A DNA stretch of 64,000 bases from a virus. Where the stretch lies: the IMG/VR virus record IMGVR_UViG_3300046028_005224, positions 1 to 64,000 of that record. One strand, given 5' to 3'. Both the position numbers and the translations under genes were made by a program. The notes beneath the pieces are model-generated. The model did no database searches. It was not told the origin of the DNA and was given only the letters and a program-made list of their open reading frames with translations. This document shows, piece by piece, positions 28,648-37,760 of the stretch. Numbering within the stretch: the stretch's first letter is position 1; every line of letters starts with the position of its first letter.

Positions 28648-28661
28648 TGTTTGTTCTCCTA

Positions 28662-29333
28662 TCAATCGAAAATTCTGCCCCAACCATCGTTGCCACCTGG
28701 GCACCAGCGATGCTTAAGAACTGCTTTGGTGTAAACGGTCTTTTTACCGTTAGTTACAGGACCAGTATAGTTATCATTTAGAGAACCATATGGATCGTTG
28801 ACGTAGTATCCTTTACCGTCTGGTGTCTTACCGATTACAACACACATGTGCCCACCAGTAGGTGCAGAAAGAGAACCCCTATGTAGGATACCAATAACAA
28901 CAGGTTTCCCAGCATCGAGACTTTTATCAACGTCAGCAAAAGAAAGATTGTAACTAAAGTGTGACTTAACTCCATAACCTGCAAGTACCTTCGTTTGTAC
29001 CGCATGGTCTGTAGTATCGCCAATCGCAAATACTTTCTTAACGTATTCGTCATCGCCTTTGATGCTACCTGGCTTGAGGAAAGCGAGGCACATAGCACAC
29101 GATGAACTGTTACAAGTTCTATGTGCATCTCTATAGTTGTCTACTTGGTTGAAGTATGGAACTGCTAGAACTGCTGGGGTTGGTGGCTTAGTTCTAAAAA
29201 TTCCAATCCACTCGGTTTCTGCGTCATCCATGAAGTTAGCAGGTAGGTTGTCTTCCAACCATTGAACTGCTGCTACATGATTTGCATTACCATCATCATA
29301 AAATTTGAAAAAGTTATGAAGGTCTAGGGTCAT
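28662..29333 (-). CDS. C39-like cysteine peptidase (putative endolysin)
   Basis: VPYFNQ...CNSSSCAM...GHMCVVIG...VNDPYG catalytic C/H/D. Confidence 0.85.
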   Translation of the reverse strand: MTLDLHNFFKFYDDGNANHVAAVQWLEDNLPANFMDDAETEWIGIFRTKPPTPAVLAVPYFNQVDNYRDAHRTCNSSSCAMCLAFLKPGSIKGDDEYVKKVFAIGDTTDHAVQTKVLAGYGVKSHFSYNLSFADVDKSLDAGKPVVIGILHRGSLSAPTGGHMCVVIGKTPDGKGYYVNDPYGSLNDNYTGPVTNGKKTVYTKAVLKHRWCPGGNDGWGRIFD

Positions 29334-29369
29334 TTTTATTCTTACAACGACACCCAGGTATTTATAAAA

Positions 29370-29996
29370 TTAATGGATAGTCAAGTTTATTCTAGAATAT
29401 CTTAAATCAGAAGTAGTGCTATGATTAGTTTTTCCCTCTGGCAGACTATTAAAACTCATACTCCAACGTTTATCGGTATGATTATTTTTTGTCCCATGGT
29501 GCAACCAGCTTGGAAAAACTAATAACAATCCTCGTTTGGGAGTATGGCACATGTGATATACATCTAACTCATTTTGAACCATTAATTGACTCAATCTCTT
29601 ATCCACTGGATCTTTAAAGCATATATCACCACCATCACCAAAATAAAAAACACCACTTAAAAATGAATTTGGATGATAATGTGTAGGATGATATCCATCC
29701 TTTAATGTTTTATTAACCCACATTTGAGTGAGTGAAAATTTTTCAGTATCAAAACCGTAAGCGGTTCTTATTTCTTCCAAACATAATTCAAAATATTCAA
29801 CAATTCTTTTGTTCTCTACAGTTTTATGCAGCTGTTCATTTAAAGTCTGTTGAATGACTCCATCATCATTCATCATTTCTTTTTCTATATTTTTTTCTAC
29901 TTGATTTACAATGTCTTCTGCGTCAGAAATTCCTGATTCAAAAATATTAAACACAAAAACAGGTGTTGGAAAAACAGTATGAAGTTGATGATGCAT
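29370..29996 (-). CDS. 2OG-Fe(II) oxygenase-like (TIGR02466-like)
   Basis: FPTPV...MWVN...HYHPNSFLSGVFY...VFPSWLHH...RWSMSFN. Confidence 0.85.
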   Translation of the reverse strand: MHHQLHTVFPTPVFVFNIFESGISDAEDIVNQVEKNIEKEMMNDDGVIQQTLNEQLHKTVENKRIVEYFELCLEEIRTAYGFDTEKFSLTQMWVNKTLKDGYHPTHYHPNSFLSGVFYFGDGGDICFKDPVDKRLSQLMVQNELDVYHMCHTPKRGLLLVFPSWLHHGTKNNHTDKRWSMSFNSLPEGKTNHSTTSDLRYSRINLTIH

Positions 29997-30022
29997 AACG
30001 ATTAATAATACTATGGTATATA

Positions 30023-30187
30023 TTATCTTCCATATTCTTCTATTTTATCTAAAACTTTATTAAGGTATTGATGTGCTAACCATTTAGGATCATGTCCCAA
30101 TTTATTCATCCACTCACTATCTAAATCTCTTTTAAGTTTAAGAACCTCACATCGTATAATATCTTTAGTCAATTCTCCGCTTGGCAT
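30023..30187 (-). CDS. Small hypothetical protein
   Basis: MPSGELTKD...LAHQYLNKVLDKIEEY. Confidence 0.65.
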   Translation of the reverse strand: MPSGELTKDIIRCEVLKLKRDLDSEWMNKLGHDPKWLAHQYLNKVLDKIEEYGR

Positions 30188-30193
30188 AATACT

Positions 30194-30229
30194 AAAAAAA
30201 AAACTCTGCCCTGTATTTAGGGCAGAGTT
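30194..30229 (-). terminator. Intrinsic terminator after hli operon
   Basis: AACTCTGCCCT-AAATAC-AGGGCAGAGTT followed by T-run. Confidence 0.85.
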
Positions 30230-30249
30230 AAAGAACATTAAGTCTTACA

Positions 30250-30369
30250 TCAAAAGATGCCAGGAATGATTTGTCCAGTAGTAAGATAAGCACCAACACC
30301 AGCAACAAAACCAATCATTGCCAGACGTGCATTGAGGATCTCTGCCTCAGGAGTGAATCCGAATTTCAT
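30250..30369 (-). CDS. hli: High-light-inducible protein
   Basis: Manual: MKFGFTPEAEILNARLAMIGFVAGVGAYLTTGQIIPGIF*. Confidence 0.93.
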   Translation of the reverse strand: MKFGFTPEAEILNARLAMIGFVAGVGAYLTTGQIIPGIF

Positions 30370-30380
30370 AAGTTTTCTCC

Positions 30381-30467
30381 TTAGTAAGTTTCAGCAAGTT
30401 GCTCTACAGCATAGCATAGAGTAACAAAAAAAGCAATAGAGGTTGCAGTAAAAACAACTTCAGTCAT
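30381..30467 (-). CDS. 28-aa single-TM peptide between the hli genes
   Basis: Manual: MTEVVFTATSIAFFVTLCYAVEQLAETY*; TGATG coupling. Confidence 0.55.
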   Translation of the reverse strand: MTEVVFTATSIAFFVTLCYAVEQLAETY

Positions 30468-30661
30468 CAGAAGATGCCGAAGAAGAGCTTGCCAGTGCCG
30501 AGATAAGAAATGAGACCAGCAACAATACCGACCATAGCCCAGCGTCCATTATACTTCTCCTTTACTTGGTTGGGAGTGTCCATGCCATAGTTTTCATAGT
30601 ACATGGTAGGCTCTTTGGCAAACATGTTTTGTTGACCACGATCATTAGTTGTTACCGTCAT
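30467..30661 (-). CDS. hli: High-light-inducible protein with N-terminal extension
   Basis: EKYNGRWAMVG...TGKLFFGIF. Confidence 0.9.
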   Translation of the reverse strand: MTVTTNDRGQQNMFAKEPTMYYENYGMDTPNQVKEKYNGRWAMVGIVAGLISYLGTGKLFFGIF

Positions 30662-30759
30662 TTAAGATTTGTAAAGAACTGTTACACAATTATATAGCAA
30701 AAATAAAGGGCTGTCAAGCCCCCTTGTTATGAAATACTGACTTTAATAAGTATAAATGC

Positions 30760-31518
30760 TTACAGATTATTGAATTCAAAGTCGAAGAATTGATGAATTT
30801 CCATTTTATTAGATTCATTTTGCCACCAAGAAATAAGTCCGTCACGACTTCCTTTATGGAAAACATCAACATGTTCAGGATGAATCGTAGATCCAAGATC
30901 TAGTTTATACAGAAATACTGGGATAGCATAAGTTTTTCCTGCGTTGTAGATTAGATCGTCAGCAACAGCTCTAGGTCTAACGCCATTGTCAAGCTTATAC
31001 TTTTCTCCACGAACATGCAGTGCCATAAGCTTTTCAGCATAGCGTCGATTGATCATGTATGCTGCTGTAGAAAAATCATCCACAAGTCTTGGATGAAGAT
31101 TACCAAGAAGTTTACGAGGATTAATAACTGCAAGCTGCACCACATCCCAATCATAAGGAATGTAAGAATAAAACTCCTTCCAAGTGAAGGGCCAATACTT
31201 TACAGTCTCCAGATCCAAATCATCTTCACAGAAAATAGCATGGTCGGTATCAGAAGTTTCCAACCAATGCTTCATTCCTTTAAGGTGAGAAGTGACGCAA
31301 CCCACTTCGCCAGACGAAATCTCTGGATATCTCCCAATGAGTATATGGCTAAGATCATCATCCCGACCATCGTAAGCAGAAATTCTTTCATAATTTGTGA
31401 CTTGCCAGTAAGCAAATTGGTCTTCAATGTTTTTTCTTCTTTCTGGTTGCCCATCTAGATTCAGATAATAGATTGGACATATACCATTTAATTTATAAGC
31501 AGATTTATTTGTATCCAT
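30760..31518 (-). CDS. Glycosyltransferase family 25
   Basis: YYLNLD..PERR...ERISAYDG...GEVGCVTSH...IFCEDD. Confidence 0.85.
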   Translation of the reverse strand: MDTNKSAYKLNGICPIYYLNLDGQPERRKNIEDQFAYWQVTNYERISAYDGRDDDLSHILIGRYPEISSGEVGCVTSHLKGMKHWLETSDTDHAIFCEDDLDLETVKYWPFTWKEFYSYIPYDWDVVQLAVINPRKLLGNLHPRLVDDFSTAAYMINRRYAEKLMALHVRGEKYKLDNGVRPRAVADDLIYNAGKTYAIPVFLYKLDLGSTIHPEHVDVFHKGSRDGLISWWQNESNKMEIHQFFDFEFNNL

Positions 31519-32455
31519 TGATAATTTCAGTCACACTAGGAATGTAATGTTTTTTAATGACCTTGATCCAATCAAAGTTCTTTGAGTATTCTAGTATATC
31601 TTTGCGATGTTGTAAAGAGTACTCACGGTTTTCTATGATCTTTTGCTCAACATATTCTACATCTGTCACTTTGTCTTCTGGAATTACAGTGATGAATTCC
31701 TTAGTTGTATCTAAATTAGCTTTACCCCATTCACAAACAACTACTCCAAGTCCTGCAGTCAAAGCTTCCATACAAACCAGTGGATGTGCTTCGCCATCAG
31801 ACAGTAATACAAGATTACCATATTGAGTTAAATCTCGATGTAAGGTTTCCTTGTCCCACTCACCTAAGTAATTTTTGTTTGGATTAAATCTAGAGTCTGC
31901 AATATTGCCAGCAAACCAAAGACTATCAATAGATTGAAAAAGATGCTGACGCTTACGATAATCAACCTTAGCAAGGTAAATGCTGCGATCTGCAAACTCT
32001 GGAGTATCAGTGTAATTAAACGCTTCCGAATTGACACCATTTGGAGTTACAAATAATTGCTCTGGCGGAATGCCTAACATTACTTGATAAATTTTGGCAA
32101 TGCCATCAGACAAACAAAAAATGTTTGGCTTGACTTCACCAAATGCATTGAAAATATTTACATATCCATTGAACATTTGTGGACGTTCTAGATATCCAAA
32201 GTGGCTTGTAATTGCTTTTGGATATTGAATATAAGGATAAATTGGAATAAATTCATCATAATGTACATGTACAAAATCTGGACGAAAGCCATTGATTTCA
32301 TCAATGATCTGTCGAGCATCTTTTGTGTTTACAATTTGTACTTCATGTCCAAGTCTTTCTAATGCATTTTTTGTATCCCATATTAGGATTTCAACTGCCC
32401 CCCAACCTGTTGGTGGAATGGGCATAATCCCTGGGCCTACGAGAGTGATTTTCAT
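31505..32455 (-). CDS. Glycosyltransferase family 4 (GT-B)
   Basis: IPPTGWGAVE...TPNGVN...SDGEAHPLVCMEAL. Confidence 0.8.
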   Translation of the reverse strand: MKITLVGPGIMPIPPTGWGAVEILIWDTKNALERLGHEVQIVNTKDARQIIDEINGFRPDFVHVHYDEFIPIYPYIQYPKAITSHFGYLERPQMFNGYVNIFNAFGEVKPNIFCLSDGIAKIYQVMLGIPPEQLFVTPNGVNSEAFNYTDTPEFADRSIYLAKVDYRKRQHLFQSIDSLWFAGNIADSRFNPNKNYLGEWDKETLHRDLTQYGNLVLLSDGEAHPLVCMEALTAGLGVVVCEWGKANLDTTKEFITVIPEDKVTDVEYVEQKIIENREYSLQHRKDILEYSKNFDWIKVIKKHYIPSVTEIINGYK

Positions 32456-32459
32456 AAGT

Positions 32460-33215
32460 TTACCAAGTTGGGCCTTTACAATCTACCCCACGAACAAGAC
32501 GTAGTGGTAGGAGAATTCTAACTAAATCGTTTTGACTGTAGTATCGGTTATAGCACGAATACTTAAATGCTTCGGCAACGGGAGCCCAACATTCATCTAA
32601 GTTAACCAATCCATCCATTGTATGAGTATAAGCATTTAAAAATTTCTTATATCTTCTTCCAAATATAAATCCCAAATCAGGAAAATGTGGAGAATGTGAT
32701 GAAAGATAAAACTTATTATTATGTAATTCGTACAGATCTGGATAATCCCAAATATTTATGTCAGTGCGAATAGTGATAATGAAGTCATATGTATAATCTA
32801 ATTTTGTTAGAAGCTTCCCTACCTGCTCTATAGAATATAACTGGGATAGTTGATTGTGAAAGTTTTTGTTATGAAATCTTTCCGAATCAAACTTCTGTTC
32901 AATTTGAGAAAACATTTTTTCATTCTCAAATTGTTTTGGTTTTTCAGTAATTAAATGATGGGGTTTCCATTTCTCAATAAATCGGTTCAAATCATAGCGA
33001 TCCTTGGGACATTTTTCCATCTGAAGCCATGTGGAAAATTCCCAATCGGATGATACATGAGATCGATCCCATTGCTGAGCATCATCTTCATCCCACCAAA
33101 GGTGGGCATAGATGTCGGTATCATATCGATCAAAAATAAATTTTTTATGTGACTCATAGCAATAAGGATTTGCTGTGAATCTTGGCTGCCCGTAATACAA
33201 ACATGCTACTTTCAT
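32460..33215 (-). CDS. Putative glycosyltransferase, GQPR family paralog 3
   Basis: MKVACLYYGQPR...SQLYSI...YDFIITIRTD. Confidence 0.55.
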   Translation of the reverse strand: MKVACLYYGQPRFTANPYCYESHKKFIFDRYDTDIYAHLWWDEDDAQQWDRSHVSSDWEFSTWLQMEKCPKDRYDLNRFIEKWKPHHLITEKPKQFENEKMFSQIEQKFDSERFHNKNFHNQLSQLYSIEQVGKLLTKLDYTYDFIITIRTDINIWDYPDLYELHNNKFYLSSHSPHFPDLGFIFGRRYKKFLNAYTHTMDGLVNLDECWAPVAEAFKYSCYNRYYSQNDLVRILLPLRLVRGVDCKGPTW

Positions 33216-33670
33216 TTGAGTTTCTCAACGTAATCACTACAGATACCGTAACAATTTAAAGCCTTTAGATCTCCAATATCATTTACAACCCATTCTGGCA
33301 TTACAACTACTGACATTGGTGTAACAGATTTTCCAGGATAAGTCCAAATATAATTTTTACTTGTCAAAGTATGGTCATCATTTTGATGCCAAAAGAAATT
33401 GAATCCTCCTGTACCATAAGTAAATTGATATAATGCTTGTATATTCTTACAATGAATCCAAAGATTATCTCTTCGTCCACCTAACCAATACCAATTAACT
33501 TCATAGGTAGGTTCATCATGACCTAATAATATTTTTTCAGTTTTTGTATTATACCATGCATCAATTTCTACATCATATCCTTGAGAAATAGCTTCATCAA
33601 TGTAATCTGGACTATTTTCTCTTTCGGAAATAATTCCAGATACATTACCTCGATGTGCAATAAGTTTCAT
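33212..33670 (-). CDS. PLC/GDPD-like phosphodiesterase domain protein
   Basis: LIAHRGN...ENSP...GYDVEID...LGHD...WIHCKN...ICSDY. Confidence 0.75.
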   Translation of the reverse strand: MKLIAHRGNVSGIISERENSPDYIDEAISQGYDVEIDAWYNTKTEKILLGHDEPTYEVNWYWLGGRRDNLWIHCKNIQALYQFTYGTGGFNFFWHQNDDHTLTSKNYIWTYPGKSVTPMSVVVMPEWVVNDIGDLKALNCYGICSDYVEKLK

Positions 33671-34274
33671 TTTCTTTAAATGTTGTTCGCGTTAATTGAT
33701 CAAAACTAGAAACTTCATAAACAAAAGCTCCACTTGCATAAGCTGCTTGCTTTCCAACTTCACTATCTTCAAATATTAAAGTATTTTCTGGAAGAACATT
33801 AAAATATTTCATAGCACTAAAATATATTTCTGGATCTGGTTTAGGAGTAACAGATTGAGCACTAAGAATTAAATCTACATATTCTTCAACTTTTAATTTA
33901 GAAACTACTTTATCTAAAAAACTATACCTAGCATTAGATGCTAGGGCAATTTTAAGATTATTTTCCTTTAAATTTTTAAACAGTGGTCTTATTTCATTAT
34001 TAACCACAATGTTTTTTTCAAATAATTCACATGCATATTCATCTTTAAGATCCCAGATAAAATCAATAGCATCTTTGTTAATTTTCCCTTGCTCAGCTAG
34101 AAGATTTAATTTTTGTCTGGTAGGAATTGTCCCAAAATTTTCATCCTCTTCTCTAGTATAAAGATACCCATAATCTTTTAGAGCAAGCATAGTTGCAGGA
34201 TAGTGGAGGAGTCTACTGTTAACTAAGACTCCATCTACGTCAAATACACAAAGTTTGATTTTATCAAAATTCAT
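33645..34274 (-). CDS. HAD-superfamily phosphatase
   Basis: FDVDGVL, ASN, KPDPEIY, FEDS..G. Confidence 0.88.
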   Translation of the reverse strand: MNFDKIKLCVFDVDGVLVNSRLLHYPATMLALKDYGYLYTREEDENFGTIPTRQKLNLLAEQGKINKDAIDFIWDLKDEYACELFEKNIVVNNEIRPLFKNLKENNLKIALASNARYSFLDKVVSKLKVEEYVDLILSAQSVTPKPDPEIYFSAMKYFNVLPENTLIFEDSEVGKQAAYASGAFVYEVSSFDQLTRTTFKENETYCTSR

Positions 34275-34275
34275 T

Positions 34276-35013
34276 CTAACCTCTTACGGCATGTGCATTC
34301 ATTGGGCAAGGTGCTAAATCACTATGACTATATCGTCTAAGGAAAGAACCCATTTTAAATGCTTCTGGAGAAGGTTCCCAAATACCTTCATAGACATGAT
34401 CAACATCATCAAATGCATTCTTTGCCCAACCCAAATACTTTGTTCCAAAGAATTGAATCGTATCTGGAAATCTTGGATGATGACCAGGAAGATAGAACTT
34501 GCTTGGATCACATTCTTCAAGATTTGGGAAGTTTTCTAAGATTGTATCATATCTCGCAAGAATAATCCACTCGTAAGATTGATTTGTTTCTGGTGCTCTA
34601 CGATAAGCATCAAAGATTTCAGCCACTCTTTTAATGGAGTATAGCTGAGACATAATGTTACTGTAGTTATGATGATTCCAATGTCCTTCTGGATGACGAT
34701 CTGTGTATCTTGCATCTACCCACTCAAGTGCATTTGGTGGAAGTTCAAATCTTACAGGCTCATCGTGCATTAAAATTAGAGGACTGTATTTTTCACAAAT
34801 TAATTCTAATGCATTCTCTGGGATTGGACATTGTTTAATTTTAGACCAAGTGGAATATTCATACTCCTTTGCCCAATCTTTTTTTTCTTCCCACCATGTA
34901 TGACCAAAAACATCTACGTCATAACGTGATAAGATACTTTCTTTATACACTCGTTCAATTTCTGGATTGTCAATAAAACGAGGTTGCCCAAAAAATAACA
35001 GAGCTACTTTCAT
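34276..35013 (-). CDS. Putative glycosyltransferase, GQPR family paralog 2
   Basis: MKVALLFFGQPR...SQLYSI...YEWIILARYD. Confidence 0.55.
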   Translation of the reverse strand: MKVALLFFGQPRFIDNPEIERVYKESILSRYDVDVFGHTWWEEKKDWAKEYEYSTWSKIKQCPIPENALELICEKYSPLILMHDEPVRFELPPNALEWVDARYTDRHPEGHWNHHNYSNIMSQLYSIKRVAEIFDAYRRAPETNQSYEWIILARYDTILENFPNLEECDPSKFYLPGHHPRFPDTIQFFGTKYLGWAKNAFDDVDHVYEGIWEPSPEAFKMGSFLRRYSHSDLAPCPMNAHAVRG

Positions 35014-36398
35014 CAGACTTCTCCTTTATAGTTCTCCAGGAAGTAATCAAGATCTTCGGGAGTCCCAAGACCCCACATATCTTCTTTTCCAATCTCTTTA
35101 ATACGAATCTTTTTGCCATCTTCAATAGCTTCATTGTAGACTGGACAAACATAGAACTCGTTATTAACACGAATATTCTTTTCGATCATTTGTTCAGCAT
35201 ACTTTACATAATCTGAACCATGCTTCCAATAATAAATTCCTGCAGTTGCGTGTTCAGAAATGGGTTTCTTTTCAGCAACTTCACAAACATAACCGTCATC
35301 CCCAAGCTTAGCAAAAGACCACTTGGGATGTGTGGCAGGGAAAGTAACAATTCCACCATCGGCATTGTCGTTATTAAACGCATACAAAGTTTCATTGGAA
35401 TCCCAAAGAATAAGTTGATCAGAGTTGGTCATGATCAGAGGTTCTTCAGTATTGATAAACTCTTTTGCCAATAGGGTTGTACATGCAGCACCTTCAGTAA
35501 CACCGTCAACTTGAACGATGTTGCAATTAGGAGTGAGAAGATTAAGCAGATATTGAAGATTGTACTTTTCGTAATGACTCTTCTGTACAACATAAGTATA
35601 CTTTGCTTCAACATTTAAAGCTTCAACCACAACTTGAATCATGGGTTTACCACGAACTTCAATCAAAGGTTTGGGAAAGGTGTAACCAGCATTAGCAAAA
35701 CGGCTTCCAGCGCCAGCCATAGGAACAAGAACATTCATTTTTTCAGATCTCCATGCAATTTTTTTCTTAGTTGTATCATTTAAAAGAGATTTAATCTTAT
35801 CAACCTTTTGTTGATTAAAATCTTTACGGTCATCTACAGGCACGAGATGACATTTACTATCGATAGCACCTTGTCTTCCAATATGACTATCTTCTACAAT
35901 CACGGTATCTTTAGGTAAAGCACCTAATCTTATCATACACTTCCAATACATTTCTGGAAATGGTTTGTTGCGATAAACATCTTCATTACTGATGTAGATG
36001 TCTACAAACTCCAATACTCCTAATCTTAATAAAATGATTTTAACAGTATTCCTAATAGAATTTGATGCAACCGCAATGTTGTATCCTTCATCCTTAAGTT
36101 GTTGAAAATAATTCATCAACTCATAATCTTTGCGTACTTGCTCGTCAAAGATTGTAAAAGTTTCTTCCTGCTTATCACGCCAAATTTGTTCGTAATATTC
36201 TGTGGGAAGACCTTTGTTTTTTGTCAACAATTCCAATTTAGGTCTAGTAGGGAGACCATCGTAAATGCTAACATGCTCTTGACGAGTGATAACATATTGT
36301 TCACCAACTTTAGCAAGAGCTTTGTTCAAAGCATCAAAGTGATAATCCTTACTATCAATAAGGACACCATCTAAATCAAAGATTACAAGTTTAGTCAT
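35013..36398 (-). CDS. HAD phosphatase-sugar nucleotidyltransferase fusion
   Basis: N-terminal FDLDGVL/KPFPE/EDS; C-terminal PMAGAGSRF...PKPLI...GAACT...VAEKKPIS...NNEFYV...LGTPEDL. Confidence 0.85.
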   Translation of the reverse strand: MTKLVIFDLDGVLIDSKDYHFDALNKALAKVGEQYVITRQEHVSIYDGLPTRPKLELLTKNKGLPTEYYEQIWRDKQEETFTIFDEQVRKDYELMNYFQQLKDEGYNIAVASNSIRNTVKIILLRLGVLEFVDIYISNEDVYRNKPFPEMYWKCMIRLGALPKDTVIVEDSHIGRQGAIDSKCHLVPVDDRKDFNQQKVDKIKSLLNDTTKKKIAWRSEKMNVLVPMAGAGSRFANAGYTFPKPLIEVRGKPMIQVVVEALNVEAKYTYVVQKSHYEKYNLQYLLNLLTPNCNIVQVDGVTEGAACTTLLAKEFINTEEPLIMTNSDQLILWDSNETLYAFNNDNADGGIVTFPATHPKWSFAKLGDDGYVCEVAEKKPISEHATAGIYYWKHGSDYVKYAEQMIEKNIRVNNEFYVCPVYNEAIEDGKKIRIKEIGKEDMWGLGTPEDLDYFLENYKGEV

Positions 36399-37051
36399 CT
36401 AACATCTCTATAGAGTTTAGGATAAAATGGATGTTTATGAACGATTAAATTATTTCGTTTAACATTCCATCCAAGAATACATTCAGGATTCACAATTACA
36501 CCTTCAGTACAAATATCTTCAAAGTCTGGATACATTCTACAATAAGCCATCATGGTATCATAATCGCCAAAAGCAAATGTATCTCCTAAAGCATAATCTG
36601 TATGGCTCTTAATATCTGTAATATGAAGTCCTTTTGGATCATAATCAGATAACTTACCCAATGGTTCTACGAACCAATTGTCTGTGCGGGTTCTAATAAC
36701 ACAATCAAACTTTTCAATTTCCGCATCCTGAACATATTTATCCATCAATAAAGATGCTTTATATAAACTATATGCCTGAGAAGCAATGTTGTTTAGCGGA
36801 TGATAATATCTTGGATCTGATTCAATTGTTGGATGAGAGAACGTTTTGGCTTCTTCAAAATCTACATCATGAGGATCAACCTCGTCAATAATAAAATCTT
36901 TAGTTTTATAATCACAGTTCCAGAAATGTGCAAAAATAGCAATTTCAGTTGCTGCACAAAAACTAAAAAGATATTGCTGATGGTTGGGCCAACACTCAAT
37001 AAAATCTCTCGGTTGACCAGAATAAAGAATGGCAACAGATTTATTAGACAT
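36395..37051 (-). CDS. Putative glycosyltransferase, GQPR family paralog 1
   Basis: VAILYSGQPR...SQAYSL...FDCVIRTRTD...DTFAFG; start set at MSNKS. Confidence 0.55.
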   Translation of the reverse strand: MSNKSVAILYSGQPRDFIECWPNHQQYLFSFCAATEIAIFAHFWNCDYKTKDFIIDEVDPHDVDFEEAKTFSHPTIESDPRYYHPLNNIASQAYSLYKASLLMDKYVQDAEIEKFDCVIRTRTDNWFVEPLGKLSDYDPKGLHITDIKSHTDYALGDTFAFGDYDTMMAYCRMYPDFEDICTEGVIVNPECILGWNVKRNNLIVHKHPFYPKLYRDVR

Positions 37052-37760
37052 GGAATTGACTATTATCTTTAGATAAGTGTAGCATTTTTGGTTCAAATTC
37101 GCAATAGTTTGCAAACACTTCTGGGAATGCATATTGCGGATGTAAGGTATTTACTTTATCTTTATTCTGAGAGAAAAATTTATTTAAGTGGCTTTCATCA
37201 TGCCATTGTGCAATTATATTATTATCCAAATCTTTATTAACTTGATCTGCAAGATATGAAATTAAAGAACTAACTTCTTCACCCTTTCCTCCCCACAAAC
37301 ATCCTTGATAATAAACAGAAATATCATCACCCTCTTCAACACATGCGCGGGAAAGATTTGTTACGTCAAATGCTCCAGGAGGTTGATTATGAGGAGGCAT
37401 GTCAAGAAAATGACAAGGATGATGTACACCGAAGTAAGGCTTACTATCATCAAAAAATTCTTCAGCAGTAATCTTAGTTACTGGAATGAGGTCTGCGTCA
37501 AGAAAAACATACCAATCACTTTCTTTGATTACATCTCTAGCTTTTTGAAGAATTTCAAATCTCTTTAAAGTGATAAAGGGCCAATCAAGATGTTCTTGTT
37601 TATATGCTTTAACATCCTCTGGAAAATCTCCTTCACCATCAGTAAAAACTAAAAAGGTTTTTTCTGCTTCAGGTAAAAAATTATCGCTAACTTGCTCATA
37701 CCATTTAGGAAGAAAATTAAGATAACGACCAGTGCCAATAAAACTAATTGCAACTTTCAT
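37044..37760 (-). CDS. Glycosyltransferase family 6 (alpha-1,3-Gal/GalNAc transferase-like)
   Basis: IGTGRY...VFTD...WPFITLKRF...DAD...YYQGCLWGG...WHDESHLNK. Confidence 0.9.
   Translation of the reverse strand: MKVAISFIGTGRYLNFLPKWYEQVSDNFLPEAEKTFLVFTDGEGDFPEDVKAYKQEHLDWPFITLKRFEILQKARDVIKESDWYVFLDADLIPVTKITAEEFFDDSKPYFGVHHPCHFLDMPPHNQPPGAFDVTNLSRACVEEGDDISVYYQGCLWGGKGEEVSSLISYLADQVNKDLDNNIIAQWHDESHLNKFFSQNKDKVNTLHPQYAFPEVFANYCEFEPKMLHLSKDNSQFHV

Noticed and set aside
30669-30687. NtcA box upstream of hli
   Set aside because: Spacing is GTA-N9-TAC, not N8
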